This document shows, one piece after another, positions 61,872-64,000 of a stretch of 64,000 bases of DNA (positions are counted from its first letter, which is position 1; each line of letters begins with the position of its first letter). The notes under the pieces were generated by a model. That model was given only the letters and a program-made list of their open reading frames with translations, was not told the DNA's origin and searched no databases. Source of the DNA: an uncultured Candidatus Saccharibacteria bacterium. Lineage in GTDB: Bacteria > Patescibacteriota > Minisyncoccia > Phycocordibacterales > UBA918. Position numbers and translations under genes: made by a program. The stretch spans positions 326,648-390,647 of the forward strand of contig CAYGJY010000001.1 of NCBI GenBank assembly GCA_964350645.1, given 5' to 3'.

Positions 61872-62859
61872 GATCTTTATCATCTGATACGGTGTTGCTG
61901 TAAAATAATGGAACGACGTGGTGATCCTCTGGTTCATAATCATCCATTCCGGCATACCGTCGATGTAGCCAAAAGGTAACTATCAGCGCCAACAACAACA
62001 CGATTCCAAAAATAATTGCTAATCGCTGCCACGGAATGACATAAAAGAAAGCAGTGTCATACACGCTAGCAACCTGAGTGGTGCCGTAATCAACTGACAA
62101 AAAGGCTTTGTACTTCCCCAGCATATCAGCTGTTGGCGCAGCGATGACATAGGTTGTTTGTTGACCAGGAGCTAATTGTTCATTATTAGGATTGATAGGA
62201 ATTGCGGCCACTTCTTCTCCCCGGTTATTTGAGAAAATGATTTCTCCTTTTGGAGTTACCTCTGAGCTTCCAGGATTATCTAGCGTATAAGAAATAGCAG
62301 TGTTTTCTGGGGTAGTTACAAACCTATCAACAATAAATTTTTTTAGTTTTAAGAACTCAGTTTTTTCTTGCTCAATTGATAAGGTGACAACAACTCCAGG
62401 GGCGTCGCCACTTCGCGCCTGCTGTTCTGCCTGAGGACGATTAGTACCAGTTCCAAAACCAAGAAATACATGGTACACACCTGGCTTTGCTTCTGGATGA
62501 ATCCTTACTTCCATAGGAATAGTCACCGTTTGCCCTGACTCAACACTTTGTCGGGCTCGAGAGATTGATATCCAACTCGTTGGTGTAATGGTGTTATCTG
62601 AAACTGAAGCTGGTGAAAATTGAGTAATATCACCACCTTCGTCGAGATTAACCTCATTCACTGATGGGTAAATATTAGTGCGGAAATTATTGTTATTGGT
62701 GATGGTAATAAACTCTGTAAAGATGTCTCGCTGCTTCACCTCTCGATCAATCACCAATGGTGTCACTTTATATCCCGTAGCAAAACTAGTAAAGGGTACA
62801 CCTAGAAAAATGAGCAAAAGGATTGAAGTAAAGATATTTTTTGTCAGAGTACTTGTCAT
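61846..62859 (-). CDS. DUF916/WxL-interacting-like surface protein
   Basis: Signal peptide; PEAKPGVYH, NPG...PKG, GKYKA; C-terminal TM. Confidence 0.6.
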   Translation of the reverse strand: MTSTLTKNIFTSILLLIFLGVPFTSFATGYKVTPLVIDREVKQRDIFTEFITITNNNNFRTNIYPSVNEVNLDEGGDITQFSPASVSDNTITPTSWISISRARQSVESGQTVTIPMEVRIHPEAKPGVYHVFLGFGTGTNRPQAEQQARSGDAPGVVVTLSIEQEKTEFLKLKKFIVDRFVTTPENTAISYTLDNPGSSEVTPKGEIIFSNNRGEEVAAIPINPNNEQLAPGQQTTYVIAAPTADMLGKYKAFLSVDYGTTQVASVYDTAFFYVIPWQRLAIIFGIVLLLALIVTFWLHRRYAGMDDYEPEDHHVVPLFYSNTVSDDKDHDINLKQK

Positions 62860-62866
62860 ATGAAGT

Positions 62867-64000
62867 CTAGAATGCCGGTACGGCAATGTATACCACCTCA
62901 GTGCCATACTCACCAGCTGGCTGTAGTTCAGTCACTTGAAGCTTATACACTATATCAATTGATTCATTAGTTGGCACGGAACTGTGCATGATTTCTTCTG
63001 GTGTAGTGGTTGATAGTTCTGCATAACTGTCGTCTGGGGCAAAGCGAGTTGAACCACCCTCGAGCACATCATCACCAGTGTGATATCCAAAACAACCAAT
63101 TGCCGTTGGTGAACAGCCTGTCGACCAACCCGTCGGGACTTGGTTCGTACCCGTAACAAATGGTATTGCTTCGCCGTAGCTGTTAAGAAGTGGTTGTCGA
63201 GCAAACATCAGCAAACGATACCCTTCAGTTGCTGAGGTATCAACATTTAGCCTATAAATCGCCTCATACTCAGTATCAATTGGTACTGAACCGAATGGAA
63301 TTGATGTTGGCGTAGTATCCACATCTGACGTCACACCTTCACTAACTGTGCCTGAGGTTACACCACTTAATGTAAATGTCAGTTGAGGGCCTTCGATCTG
63401 AATGCTCGGGTAGCTACTTGAAGCAACCAAAATATCGTCCGTACTTACTTCAACCAATCTAAAGTAATAGACCGCATTAGCTCTAGCCCCAGCTTGTCGT
63501 AGTGTAAAGTCGAGTTCAATCGTACCCAAAGCAGGATGAACCAACGTACTGTTTGTCGATGTGGCAATTTCATTAAACGTCCCACAACCAGCTCCAACAC
63601 CACCAGTACACGCGTCAGTATCAGAGATTACTCTTTCTTGAATCAACTGATTATCAACCCCAGCGCCATCGGCATAACACCAGATTGAGTTTGCGGTACA
63701 CGTACTCGTACTCCGCACGAAGGTAGCCCCAAAAGAAAAGTCTGAGGATTCTGAATACTGTAAAGCGAACTTAACGTTATTACCGGTCGCACTCTCTACT
63801 TCACCCACTGATACTCGCAACTTGATTTCATTTTGGTTAGCTATGTCGGTCGGAGTAATATTTTCAGCTGCTAAGCTCGTGACCGGAGTAAGACTGTCAG
63901 CATCGTCATACCAACGCCAATTACTGATCACTGGGGTATACCCTGATGTACGCAAAGTTGGATAGTTGTTGTAAGCATCGAGCAAGGAACCATCACTTTC
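62867..64000 (-). CDS. C-terminal part of a large secreted protein with a WxL-like terminal domain (starts beyond the window)
   Basis: PTSIPFG...VDTSATEGY...QPAGEYGTEVVYIAVPAF; several Cys pairs; Ser/Thr-rich. Confidence 0.6.
   Translation of the reverse strand, partial: ESDGSLLDAYNNYPTLRTSGYTPVISNWRWYDDADSLTPVTSLAAENITPTDIANQNEIKLRVSVGEVESATGNNVKFALQYSESSDFSFGATFVRSTSTCTANSIWCYADGAGVDNQLIQERVISDTDACTGGVGAGCGTFNEIATSTNSTLVHPALGTIELDFTLRQAGARANAVYYFRLVEVSTDDILVASSSYPSIQIEGPQLTFTLSGVTSGTVSEGVTSDVDTTPTSIPFGSVPIDTEYEAIYRLNVDTSATEGYRLLMFARQPLLNSYGEAIPFVTGTNQVPTGWSTGCSPTAIGCFGYHTGDDVLEGGSTRFAPDDSYAELSTTTPEEIMHSSVPTNESIDIVYKLQVTELQPAGEYGTEVVYIAVPAF

Overview
Gene-dense chromosomal segment, mostly on the - strand. 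The gene set points to a Patescibacteria (CPR) bacterium, most likely Parcubacteria; this is inferred from shortened AlaRS, UvrC, AtpC and AtpH, a sigma70-region-4/HARE-HTH protein, an FtsA-like plus baseplate-J-like pair, and near-absent Shine-Dalgarno sites. The genetic code is standard code 11. Housekeeping content: alaS, leuS, mnmA, tgt, ychF, mltG, a complete atpBEFHAGDC operon, uvrA/B/C, tRNA-Ala(TGC), an RND pump, two Ddl paralogues plus a MurF-like ligase, two Dsb/thioredoxin clusters and a partial WxL/DUF916-like surface cluster. I see no CRISPR array, transposase, integrase or prophage. Most notable observations: (1) a 51-aa hydrophobic ORF missed by the ORF track, enclosed by a 20-bp imperfect inverted repeat with its own sigma70 promoter and a structured leader, resembling a type I toxin fold-back mRNA; (2) recurrent terminator hairpins that run straight into the -10 box of the next leaderless gene; (3) one palindromic -10 box shared by two divergent genes; (4) a receiver / large surface protein / histidine kinase module between uvrB and uvrA; (5) an AT-rich HEPN-like orphan; (6) a Chlamydia-like TGT with a YhhQ transporter. 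All family calls come from motif recognition by eye; no database searches were run.
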